Of a stretch of DNA of 64,000 nucleotides, positions 57,215 to 64,000 are shown piece after piece (the stretch's first letter is position 1; each line of letters starts with the position of its first letter). This DNA is from an uncultured Halobacteriales archaeon (GTDB lineage Archaea; Halobacteriota; Halobacteria; Halobacteriales; Haloarculaceae). The notes under the pieces were generated by a model, which was not told the DNA's origin, ran no database searches, and saw only the letters and a program-made list of their open reading frames with translations. The translations under genes and the position numbers were made by a program. The DNA lies in NCBI GenBank assembly GCA_964523745.1, contig CAZGAX010000002.1, positions 7,945-71,944 of the forward strand, given 5' to 3'.

Positions 57215-58240
57215 ATGAACCAGAAACCACGGACGGGCAACCGGATATCGGGTGAACGGGCTCGCCAGCACCCGACGGCCGACGACCAGCGAACGTCGAG
57301 CGGCCGACGGGACGCCGTCACGTCGGAAACTGAAGAAAACGATCCAGAGGTTTGTTCAGAGTGCGACGGCACGGTCGTCGTCGACGACGAACACGGCGAA
57401 CGGGCCTGTGAAGACTGCGGACTGGTCGTCGAGAGCGACCGCATCGACCCCAAGAGCGACTGGCAGGGGTACGACCCCGACAGTCGCGAGGGGTCGGCGC
57501 GGGTCGGTCCGCCGACGACGAACCGCCAGCACGACCGCGGCCTGTCGACGAACATCGACTGGCGCGACCGGGACGGCTACGGCAACTCCCTGGACGCCAG
57601 CCAGCGAGCGAAGATGCAGCGGCTGCGGACCTGGGACGAGCGGTTTCGCACGCGCGACTCCAAGGAACGGACGCTGAAGCTCGCCCTCGGAGAGATAGAG
57701 CGCATGGCGAGTGCGCTCGACCTGCCCTCGGTGGTCAGGGAGACGGCCAGCGCGATCTTCCGGCGGGCGCTCGAAGAGGACCTGCTCCCCGGACGGTCCG
57801 TGGAAGGGGTCGCCTCCGCCTGCGTCTACGCCGCTGCGCGCCAGAGCGACATGCCCCGCAGCCTGGACGAACTCGGTGACGTAAGCCGCGTAGAGCGCCA
57901 GAAAGTCTCGCGGGCCTACCGCTACGTCATCCAGGAACTCGAACTCGGCGTCGAACCGGCGAGACCGCGCGAGTACGTCCGGCGGTTCAGTTCCGACCTC
58001 GACCTGTCGAAGGAGGTCGCCGACCGGGCCTGCGAACTGCTCGACACGGCCAGCGAGGAGGGGATCCACACGGGACGGAGTCCGACCAGCATGGCGGCAG
58101 CCGCCATCTACGCGGCCGGGCTGTTCTTCGAGATAGAACTCGGTCAGGAAGAGGTGGCCGACGTGACGAACGTCAGTGACGTCACCATTCGCAAGCGCTA
58201 CCGGGAACTCCTCGAGGCCGACCCGAACCATCCCCTGTGA
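57215..58240 (+). CDS. tfb: Transcription initiation factor IIB (TFB), second, more divergent copy
   Basis: 341 aa with Zn ribbon CSECDG...CEDCG, B-reader region IDPKSDWQGY, and two cyclin repeats collinear with 32849..33862. Confidence 0.9.
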   Translation: MNQKPRTGNRISGERARQHPTADDQRTSSGRRDAVTSETEENDPEVCSECDGTVVVDDEHGERACEDCGLVVESDRIDPKSDWQGYDPDSREGSARVGPPTTNRQHDRGLSTNIDWRDRDGYGNSLDASQRAKMQRLRTWDERFRTRDSKERTLKLALGEIERMASALDLPSVVRETASAIFRRALEEDLLPGRSVEGVASACVYAAARQSDMPRSLDELGDVSRVERQKVSRAYRYVIQELELGVEPARPREYVRRFSSDLDLSKEVADRACELLDTASEEGIHTGRSPTSMAAAAIYAAGLFFEIELGQEEVADVTNVSDVTIRKRYRELLEADPNHPL

Positions 58241-58363
58241 CGGGGTGCGGGACGGCCTGAGCGCGCTGCTTCGCACCGGTTTTCGAACGACCGTACTGAC
58301 GCCGGCGACAGACGGTGCCAACCGCTCGCTCGCTGACGTCACCAGCCGACTCGCTGACACCGA

Positions 58364-58537
58364 ATGAAATACGCCGACGTCGTACTCGCGATACTGGTCG
58401 TCGGACAGTTGCTCACAACCACGGTTCTCGTCGCAATCGGCACGACTACCCACGTCGCTGTCGGCGTGGGGTCGCTCGTCGCGATAGCCGTCATCGTCCA
58501 CGCGCTGTTACTCAATCCGCCCGGGTCCGGCCGCTGA
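58364..58537 (+). CDS. 57-aa 2-TM membrane peptide
   Basis: Manual translation MKYADVVLAILVVGQLLTTTVLVAIGTTTHVAVGVGSLVAIAVIVHALLLNPPGSGR. Confidence 0.4.
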   Translation: MKYADVVLAILVVGQLLTTTVLVAIGTTTHVAVGVGSLVAIAVIVHALLLNPPGSGR

Positions 58538-58670
58538 CCGGCGGACTGTCCCGGTCGTCCAGCCGGGACGGGCGACCCGCTGAATCGGAAAGGTCGACCG
58601 GACGTGCAAGCTATCCAACGGATGATCGCGGGTCTTGATGGGGTGTCCCTAACGTCGAGACGTGGTCGAA

Positions 58671-58823
58671 ATGATCACCCCAGCTGCACTCCAGACGGGA
58701 AGCGTATTGCAAAGTTCCGGCGGGGGCATTTCCCTCGAAGTCATCCTCCTCGTCGGACTCGCCGCGGTCGTCGTCCTGGCACTGGCCTGGATGCTGACCA
58801 GCGGTGGCAGTAGCTCGGACTGA
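58671..58823 (+). CDS. 50-aa single-pass membrane peptide, member 3 of the 3-copy family
   Basis: Manual translation MITPAALQTGSVLQSSGGGISLEVILLVGLAAVVVLALAWMLTSGGSSSD. The 5' flank acgtggtcgaaATGA matches acgtggtcgcaATGA of member 2. Confidence 0.6.
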   Translation: MITPAALQTGSVLQSSGGGISLEVILLVGLAAVVVLALAWMLTSGGSSSD

Positions 58824-58924
58824 CGGCCACCTGCGGCCAACCGAACGCTCGACCCGGCCCACCGCGGATACCGGGCGAAACGTTTTCGGCATCACGAGTC
58901 GACAGTCAGCCGACGCCAGTTGCG

Positions 58925-59040
58925 CTGGCTCGAACATACAGTACTGTATTTTGTAGCACCCTGAACGATAAACGATATACTACATATTTATATAATAAGC
59001 CGCTTATTCATGGTACCAACTGGCTAATACTCGGTTGTTG
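58925..59040. promoter_or_regulatory. AT-rich spacer upstream of the PadR-like gene
   Basis: acagtactgtattttgtagcaccctgaacgataaacgatatactacatatttatataataagccgcttattcatgg contains multiple TATA-like elements. Confidence 0.35.
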
Positions 59041-59059
59041 AGACACAGGTGATTCGGAC

Positions 59060-59524
59060 ATGGAAACGGAACACAACTGGGCGAGACGAGACCGGCAGGA
59101 CCCGAACGAGGAGCCCTCGATGACTGTACACGACGCCGACGAGGGCACCCGCGGTCGGCCGACAAGGGCCTGCACCGACGGTGGAACCAACTGGACCGAC
59201 CTCACGGGCTTCCAGCGGGACCTCCTCCAGGCCATCCGGCACTGTACGCGAGAAGGAACCACGCCGACCGGCCAGGAGATAAAGGACCACCTGGAGACGA
59301 ACTACGCCGAAGAGATCAACAACGGACGGCTGTACCAGAACCTGAACGAACTCGTCGAACGAGACTTGCTCGAGAAAGGGTTCGTCGACGGCCGGACGAA
59401 CACCTACCGGCTCAGCGACCGAGCGATGGTGTTGCTGGACGAGACCGTCGAACGGCTCGCAGACGTCTGTGAGATGGAGGTCGTGGGACCGGCGGGCGTC
59501 GAGGACATCGACGTCCCGCAGTAA
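59060..59524 (+). CDS. PadR-family winged-helix transcription regulator
   Basis: LTGFQRDLLQAI...TGQEIKDHLETNYAEEINNGRLYQNLNELVERDLLEKGFVDGRTNTYRLSDRA. The start may be MTVHDADEG at 59120. Confidence 0.75.
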   Translation: METEHNWARRDRQDPNEEPSMTVHDADEGTRGRPTRACTDGGTNWTDLTGFQRDLLQAIRHCTREGTTPTGQEIKDHLETNYAEEINNGRLYQNLNELVERDLLEKGFVDGRTNTYRLSDRAMVLLDETVERLADVCEMEVVGPAGVEDIDVPQ

Positions 59525-59564
59525 GGTACCGGGCCGGGCTGATCCACGCGAGAGAGATACCGAG

Positions 59565-59810
59565 CTAGTACGCGAGCCAGTTGCGACTGGCGCCCCGAGG
59601 CAGGGCTGCCGTCTTGCCCGCCGTCGTAAGACGGTAGAGGCCGTCGCCGACGTGTTCGACGTATCCGTCCCGTTCGAGTCGGGCGAACGCCGCTTCCCAG
59701 TCCTCGACGGGCGTGTCGTAGGTGGCGGCGACGGACTGCGCATCGAGCGGGATGGCGACCGAGGAGAGCAACACGAGGACGAGTTCCTCCCGGTGACAGT
59801 CAGTAACCAT
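59565..59810 (-). CDS. Small winged-helix-like protein
   Basis: 81 aa. FARLERDGYVEHVGDGLYRLTTAG resembles a wing/recognition-helix pattern. Confidence 0.5.
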   Translation of the reverse strand: MVTDCHREELVLVLLSSVAIPLDAQSVAATYDTPVEDWEAAFARLERDGYVEHVGDGLYRLTTAGKTAALPRGASRNWLAY

Positions 59811-59887
59811 CCGTGCGATGGACCCGGGGGTTGGCGGGGCCGGCTCTTATGTATACCGTCTAGTATATGAAGCGACGACGTCCGCCG

Positions 59888-60178
59888 TCAGCTCGTGACG
59901 GCGTCGTCGACTTCGGCGGGCGCCTCGAGTTCGTCGCGGCTAGCCTCGCCACCGAGAAACCGCCGACCGAGCGACGTGATCTCGTAGACCCCGGACGCGG
60001 AGACACCGGCCGGCGTCTCTTGCGGATACCTGATGAGCCCGTGTTCTTGCAGGGCACGTAACCGCTGGCGGAGGTACGTGTAGTCGTAGTCGATCTGGAA
60101 GGCAATGACCTTCGGCGTCAGTGCCATGTCGGTTTCGTCGAGGAGTTCGAGGATGGCGTCGTCGGGACCCCTGTTCAT
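59888..60178 (-). CDS. Winged-helix regulator of the phiH1-repressor-like type
   Basis: Start MNRGPDDAILELLDETDMALTPKVIAFQIDYDYTYLRQRLRALQEHGLIRY...YEITSLGRRFLGGE. This type is common on haloarchaeal plasmids and proviruses. Confidence 0.65.
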   Translation of the reverse strand: MNRGPDDAILELLDETDMALTPKVIAFQIDYDYTYLRQRLRALQEHGLIRYPQETPAGVSASGVYEITSLGRRFLGGEASRDELEAPAEVDDAVTS

Positions 60179-60405
60179 CCAGGAAACTCGTGGGCGCACG
60201 GTAGGATTCAACTCCGTCGGTGTACATGTCCCTGGGCCGTAATATGAAAGTATCGCCTCTACTAACAGGCTCGCTAGCGGCCACAGACAGATCAGTCGTG
60301 TGTGGCAATGGTCGGGACGGTGACAGCCCGGTAGTCACGCCGCCGCCGACCCTGACCAACCCGCAAAAAGCCACTCCACCGGCGCCGCCGACGGGGCTAG
60401 TTGCA

Positions 60406-60930
60406 ATGGCCCAGCCCCAGCTATCCTCGCTCGGTCAGCTGTTCGTCCACGAACTCCAGGACGCCCTGTCGGCCGAACAGCAGGCCGTGACGGCGCTCCA
60501 GCATCTCAGCCAGTGTGGGTCGAACGCACAGCTCCAGCAGGTCTTCAGCACCCACCTGGCGGAGACCCAGAACCAGATCGACCGACTGACCCAGGTGTTC
60601 CAGTCCATCGGCGTCCAGCCCCAATCGAAACTGTGTGAGGGGATGCAGGGCATCGTCCAGGAACACCAGACGTTCGTCCAGCAGATGCAGCCGGCGCCGC
60701 AGGTCCACGCCGTCTTCGACGTGGACAGCGGCCAGAAAGTAGAGCAGTACGAGATAACGACCTACCAGCACCTGGTGGACCTCGCTGAGGCGCTCGGTTA
60801 CCAGCAGGCCGCCCAGGTGTTGGAGGAGACGCTACAGGAAGAACAGCAGCAGCTCGAACGCCTCCAGCAGGTCGAAGAGTCGCTGGACCTCTCGCAGCTG
60901 GCGGGACAGGAACAGCGAGCCGGGACCTGA
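60406..60930 (+). CDS. Ferritin-like DUF892 (YciE/YciF-type) stress protein, unusually Gln-rich
   Basis: Start MAQPQLSSLGQLFVHELQDALSAEQQ. The pattern HLAETQNQIDRL ... EQYEITTYQHLVDLAEALG ... LQEEQQQL is collinear with YciE. Confidence 0.7.
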   Translation: MAQPQLSSLGQLFVHELQDALSAEQQAVTALQHLSQCGSNAQLQQVFSTHLAETQNQIDRLTQVFQSIGVQPQSKLCEGMQGIVQEHQTFVQQMQPAPQVHAVFDVDSGQKVEQYEITTYQHLVDLAEALGYQQAAQVLEETLQEEQQQLERLQQVEESLDLSQLAGQEQRAGT

Positions 60931-61090
60931 AGAGAACGTCTGCTGCGAGGCCGGACCCGCGACCGGCCGCCTCACTCGTCCGGCGCCACCAGGTGGCCGA
61001 GAGCGACCGGCGCCGATAGGTATTCCTTACCGAAGCGGCGGCGAAATACGCGCTCTATTACTTCGGTGACTTTCTGCCAACCCCGGCGGC

Positions 61091-62161
61091 ATGGAAGCCT
61101 CCCCGAGTCCGCCCAGTGGCGACGTCTCGCACCCGGAACCCCCGGAGACGGTTGCGGATCTGGAGGGCGACGTTCGAACACCGCACGTGCTCTGGCTGAC
61201 ACCCGACAAACCCGACGACATCAGCGTCGGCCGCTCCCGGATCGCCGAGCGACTGGAGTCGGCCGGCATCGAGGTGACGGTCCGTGGTACGACGCCGGGG
61301 ACGGTTCTCGACGCGCTCCGGAACGGTGATTCTCACGATACGATCGTCGGGACCACCCGGTCAGGGGCCATCGCGGCGACGCTGGTGAGCACCGTCACGG
61401 ACACGCCATTGATAGTCGACCACGTCGACCCGATCCGGCAACTGGCGGAGACCAACTCGACGTGGCTCGCGACGCTGGTTCGCTGGTTCGAGGACGTCGC
61501 CTTCTGGCGTGCCGACCGGGTCCTGTTCGTGTACGAGGAGGAGGCACCCCGCGTCCGGCGGTTCGCCGACGTCTCCCGGTCGACCGACCTCGGGGTGGAC
61601 TTCGACCGCATCGCCGACCCGTCACGGAAAGTCCGTGACCTCGCACACAGTCGCCTCGCCGCCGAGAATCTCGAGGAGAACGTCGCCATCTACGTCGGCG
61701 GGCTCGAGCCGATCTACCACGTCGAGACGATGCTCGACGCCGCCGACTACCTCGACGGCTGGAGCCTCGTCGTCCTGGGGACCGGCAGCCTCGAACCCGA
61801 TGTACAGCGGGCTGCCATGGACAGCGACGGCGTGGTCTTCCTGGGGAGCGTGCCCCACGAGGAGGTGCCGGGGTACCTGCACGCTGCCGACGTCGGCGTC
61901 TGTCTCGTCGACGACCCCCGGACGCTGAAAGTCCTGGAGTACGGCGCCGCGAGCCTTCCGACGGTCCACTTGGATGGGCGGTCACGCTCCCGGTTCGGCG
62001 ACCTCGTCGAGTACTGCGAGGACGACCCCGAGAGTGTCGCCCGGGCCATCCAGCGGGCACAGGACCGGGACGGCGAGGCGTTGCAGGAGTTCGCCCGCCG
62101 TTTCGACTGGGACGCCATCGGGTCGCAGTACCGCCAAGCCGTCCTCGCGGCGATGGGATGA
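61091..62161 (+). CDS. Glycosyltransferase (GT-B fold, family 4-like)
   Basis: 356 aa. The C-terminal half VFLGSVPHEEVPGYLHAADVGVC ... LEYGAASLP fits the GT1/GT4 EX7E region. Confidence 0.75.
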   Translation: MEASPSPPSGDVSHPEPPETVADLEGDVRTPHVLWLTPDKPDDISVGRSRIAERLESAGIEVTVRGTTPGTVLDALRNGDSHDTIVGTTRSGAIAATLVSTVTDTPLIVDHVDPIRQLAETNSTWLATLVRWFEDVAFWRADRVLFVYEEEAPRVRRFADVSRSTDLGVDFDRIADPSRKVRDLAHSRLAAENLEENVAIYVGGLEPIYHVETMLDAADYLDGWSLVVLGTGSLEPDVQRAAMDSDGVVFLGSVPHEEVPGYLHAADVGVCLVDDPRTLKVLEYGAASLPTVHLDGRSRSRFGDLVEYCEDDPESVARAIQRAQDRDGEALQEFARRFDWDAIGSQYRQAVLAAMG

Positions 62162-62164
62162 GCC

Positions 62165-63520
62165 GTGCGGGACGTCGTCCTCGTCACCGTCGACTCGCTG
62201 CGTGCCGACCGCGTCGGCTGGCACGGCCACGACCGGCCGACGACGCCCACCCTCGACGAACTCGCCAGCGAGGCACGGGTCTTCACCGATGCCTTCGCCC
62301 ACGCCTGTTCCACCCGGCCGTCGTTCCCCAGCATCCTGACGTCCGCCTACGCCCTGATGTACGGCGGCTTCGAGCGACTGTCGGCCGAGCGGACGACGCT
62401 GGCCGAGGTCCTCGCCGAGGGCGGCTACCGGACGGCGGGCTTTCACTCGAACCTCTACCTGTCGGCGGACTTCGGCTACGACAGGGGATTCGACGCGTTC
62501 TACGACTCCCGGACGGACCCTTCGATTACGGCGAAAGCGCGAAACCACGTCAAGCGCCGCCTCGACGACGACGGGCTGGTGTATCAGACGCTCCAGACGC
62601 TGTTCGACGCCACAGAGAAGCGGACCGGGATCGAGGTCGGGTCGCCGTACGTCGGTGCGGCGGAGCTGACCGACCTCGCACTCGACTGGGTCGAGGAAAC
62701 GCGCGACGACGGCCCGCGGTTCCTGTGGGTCCACTACATGGACGCCCACCACCCGTACGACCCGCCCGCCGGGTTCCAGCGCCGGTTCCGCGACGACGTG
62801 GTCTCCGACCGGGATGCCGTCCGGTTGCGCCGGAAGATGCTCGAGACGCCCGGAGACGTCTCGGAAGACGACCTCGCGACGATCCTGGACCTCTACGACG
62901 CGGAGGTCGCGTACGTCGACCACGAAGTCGGCCGGCTCCTCGAGGGAGTCCGCGCCGACTGGGGTGAAGACGCCGTCGTCGCGTTCACAGCCGACCACGG
63001 CGAGGAGTTCGCGGACCACGGCTGCTTCAGCCACAGCGCCACGTTCTACGACGAGGTGCTCCACGTCCCGCTGCTGGTGGCCGATGGGGAGCGCGAGACG
63101 ACCGACCACCTCGTGGGCCTGCTCGACCTCGCCCCGACGCTCGTCGACTGTGCGGGCCTCGAACCTCCGAACGCGTTCCTGGGGTCGAGCCTCTGTGCGG
63201 CAGACGACAGGGGTCGGACCGACGTAGTCGCAGAGTGGGCGGACACCGACCCCGAATCGGACGCCAGGCGGTTTGCCGTCCGGAGCACGGACTGGAAGTA
63301 CGTCCGGCTGGAGGACGGAACGGAGCGGTTGTTCGACCTGGAAGGCGACACGGAAGAACGGGAGAACGTGGTCGAACGCCACCCCGAGGTGGCCGAGGAG
63401 TTCCGGGAGCGACTGGCCGACCACCGGGAACTGGTGGCCGCGACGGGCGGCGACGGGGAGCGGGTCGAGATGGACGAGTCGGTCGCCCGGCGGCTGCGCC
63501 GCCTCGGATACCAGGAGTGA
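62165..63520 (+). CDS. Sulfatase-like (alkaline phosphatase superfamily) hydrolase/transferase
   Basis: GTG start. VVLVTVDSLRAD, ACSTRPSFPSILTS nucleophile region, WVHYMDAHHPY, FTADHGEEF. Confidence 0.8.
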   Translation: MRDVVLVTVDSLRADRVGWHGHDRPTTPTLDELASEARVFTDAFAHACSTRPSFPSILTSAYALMYGGFERLSAERTTLAEVLAEGGYRTAGFHSNLYLSADFGYDRGFDAFYDSRTDPSITAKARNHVKRRLDDDGLVYQTLQTLFDATEKRTGIEVGSPYVGAAELTDLALDWVEETRDDGPRFLWVHYMDAHHPYDPPAGFQRRFRDDVVSDRDAVRLRRKMLETPGDVSEDDLATILDLYDAEVAYVDHEVGRLLEGVRADWGEDAVVAFTADHGEEFADHGCFSHSATFYDEVLHVPLLVADGERETTDHLVGLLDLAPTLVDCAGLEPPNAFLGSSLCAADDRGRTDVVAEWADTDPESDARRFAVRSTDWKYVRLEDGTERLFDLEGDTEERENVVERHPEVAEEFRERLADHRELVAATGGDGERVEMDESVARRLRRLGYQE

Positions 63521-63539
63521 CCAGGGGGCAAGGCGCCGG

Positions 63540-64000
63540 CTACCGGACGATGACCTCGGCGACGCGCTTCAGCGGGCCGAGGTCCACGCCGAACCGTTCC
63601 TCGACGCTGTAGAGCAAGATCAGTTCCTCGTCCTCGACGCCACCGAACCTGAGGACGACGACGCCGTACAGCACGACGAAGGCGGCAAACCCGGCGACGA
63701 GCACCGGGAGCGTGACGACGAAGAACGTCGTCGTGACCCAGTAGACGACGCCGACCAGGGCCAGCGCGACCAGGCTGGGTCGGACCATCCCGGCCGTGAA
63801 CGGCTGGATACCCGTGATCCGGTAGAGCTGGACGGTGTAGAGGACGTTCAGCAGGCCGTAGGCGACGGTCGTCGCGACGGCGGCGCCAAGCAGGCCGTAG
63901 TCGGGGACCAGCAGGACGTTGAGGGCGACGTTGGTCCCGGCCACGGCGACGTTGTCGTACATGATCAGCCGAGTCCGGCCGACGGAAGTCAGGGCGTTAC
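63540..64000 (-). CDS. C-terminal part of a polysaccharide/oligosaccharide flippase (Wzx/MOP-type); 5' end outside the window
   Basis: The frame stays open from 63962 to the window edge (…NALTSVGRTRLIMYDNVAVAG…). Multi-TM. LLVPDYGLLGAAVATTVAYGL is typical of MOP flippase C-termini. Confidence 0.7.
   Translation of the reverse strand, partial: NALTSVGRTRLIMYDNVAVAGTNVALNVLLVPDYGLLGAAVATTVAYGLLNVLYTVQLYRITGIQPFTAGMVRPSLVALALVGVVYWVTTTFFVVTLPVLVAGFAAFVVLYGVVVLRFGGVEDEELILLYSVEERFGVDLGPLKRVAEVIVR

Overview
High-GC window with acidic predicted proteins, two TFB genes, HTH_10 (Bat-type) regulators and Tat/lipobox lipoproteins, so it is almost certainly a haloarchaeal (class Halobacteria) chromosome or megaplasmid segment. 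About 70 coding regions are supported. I found no rRNA, tRNA, CRISPR array, transposase or active integrase. 1-13.3 kb is an acyl-CoA/acetate block: two-subunit thiolase, PccB plus a small subunit, a PhaB-like reductase, an acs/DUF4212/symporter/Usp operon, and a second acs with a Bat-type regulator between the two. 13.4-46.7 kb is mostly housekeeping: Trm5-like methyltransferase, ABC-2 exporter, XPD-like helicase, VapBC, an SbcD/SbcC-like pair whose ATPase has a membrane hairpin, TFB, a Liv-type ABC operon, and PhoD plus a PiT-like carrier. 46.7-60.3 kb looks accessory: AT-rich spacers, an extra TFB, PadR and phiH1-repressor-like wHTH genes, a Kv-like channel, and several paralogous families I cannot assign. 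These are a 16-residue Gly/Ala tandem-repeat protein (2 copies), ~50-aa single-pass peptides (3 copies) and 95-aa 3-TM proteins (2 copies). The best candidate for an undescribed system is the RHH / repeat protein / two-peptide module at 49.17-50.44 kb, together with its second partial copy at 56-58.8 kb. Other notable items are a 281-bp four-way nested inverted repeat (24969-25249) and two ~650-bp hairpin-rich non-coding spacers around a usp gene. 61-64 kb begins a glycosylation cluster. All functional calls come from reading motifs in the translations; no database search was run.
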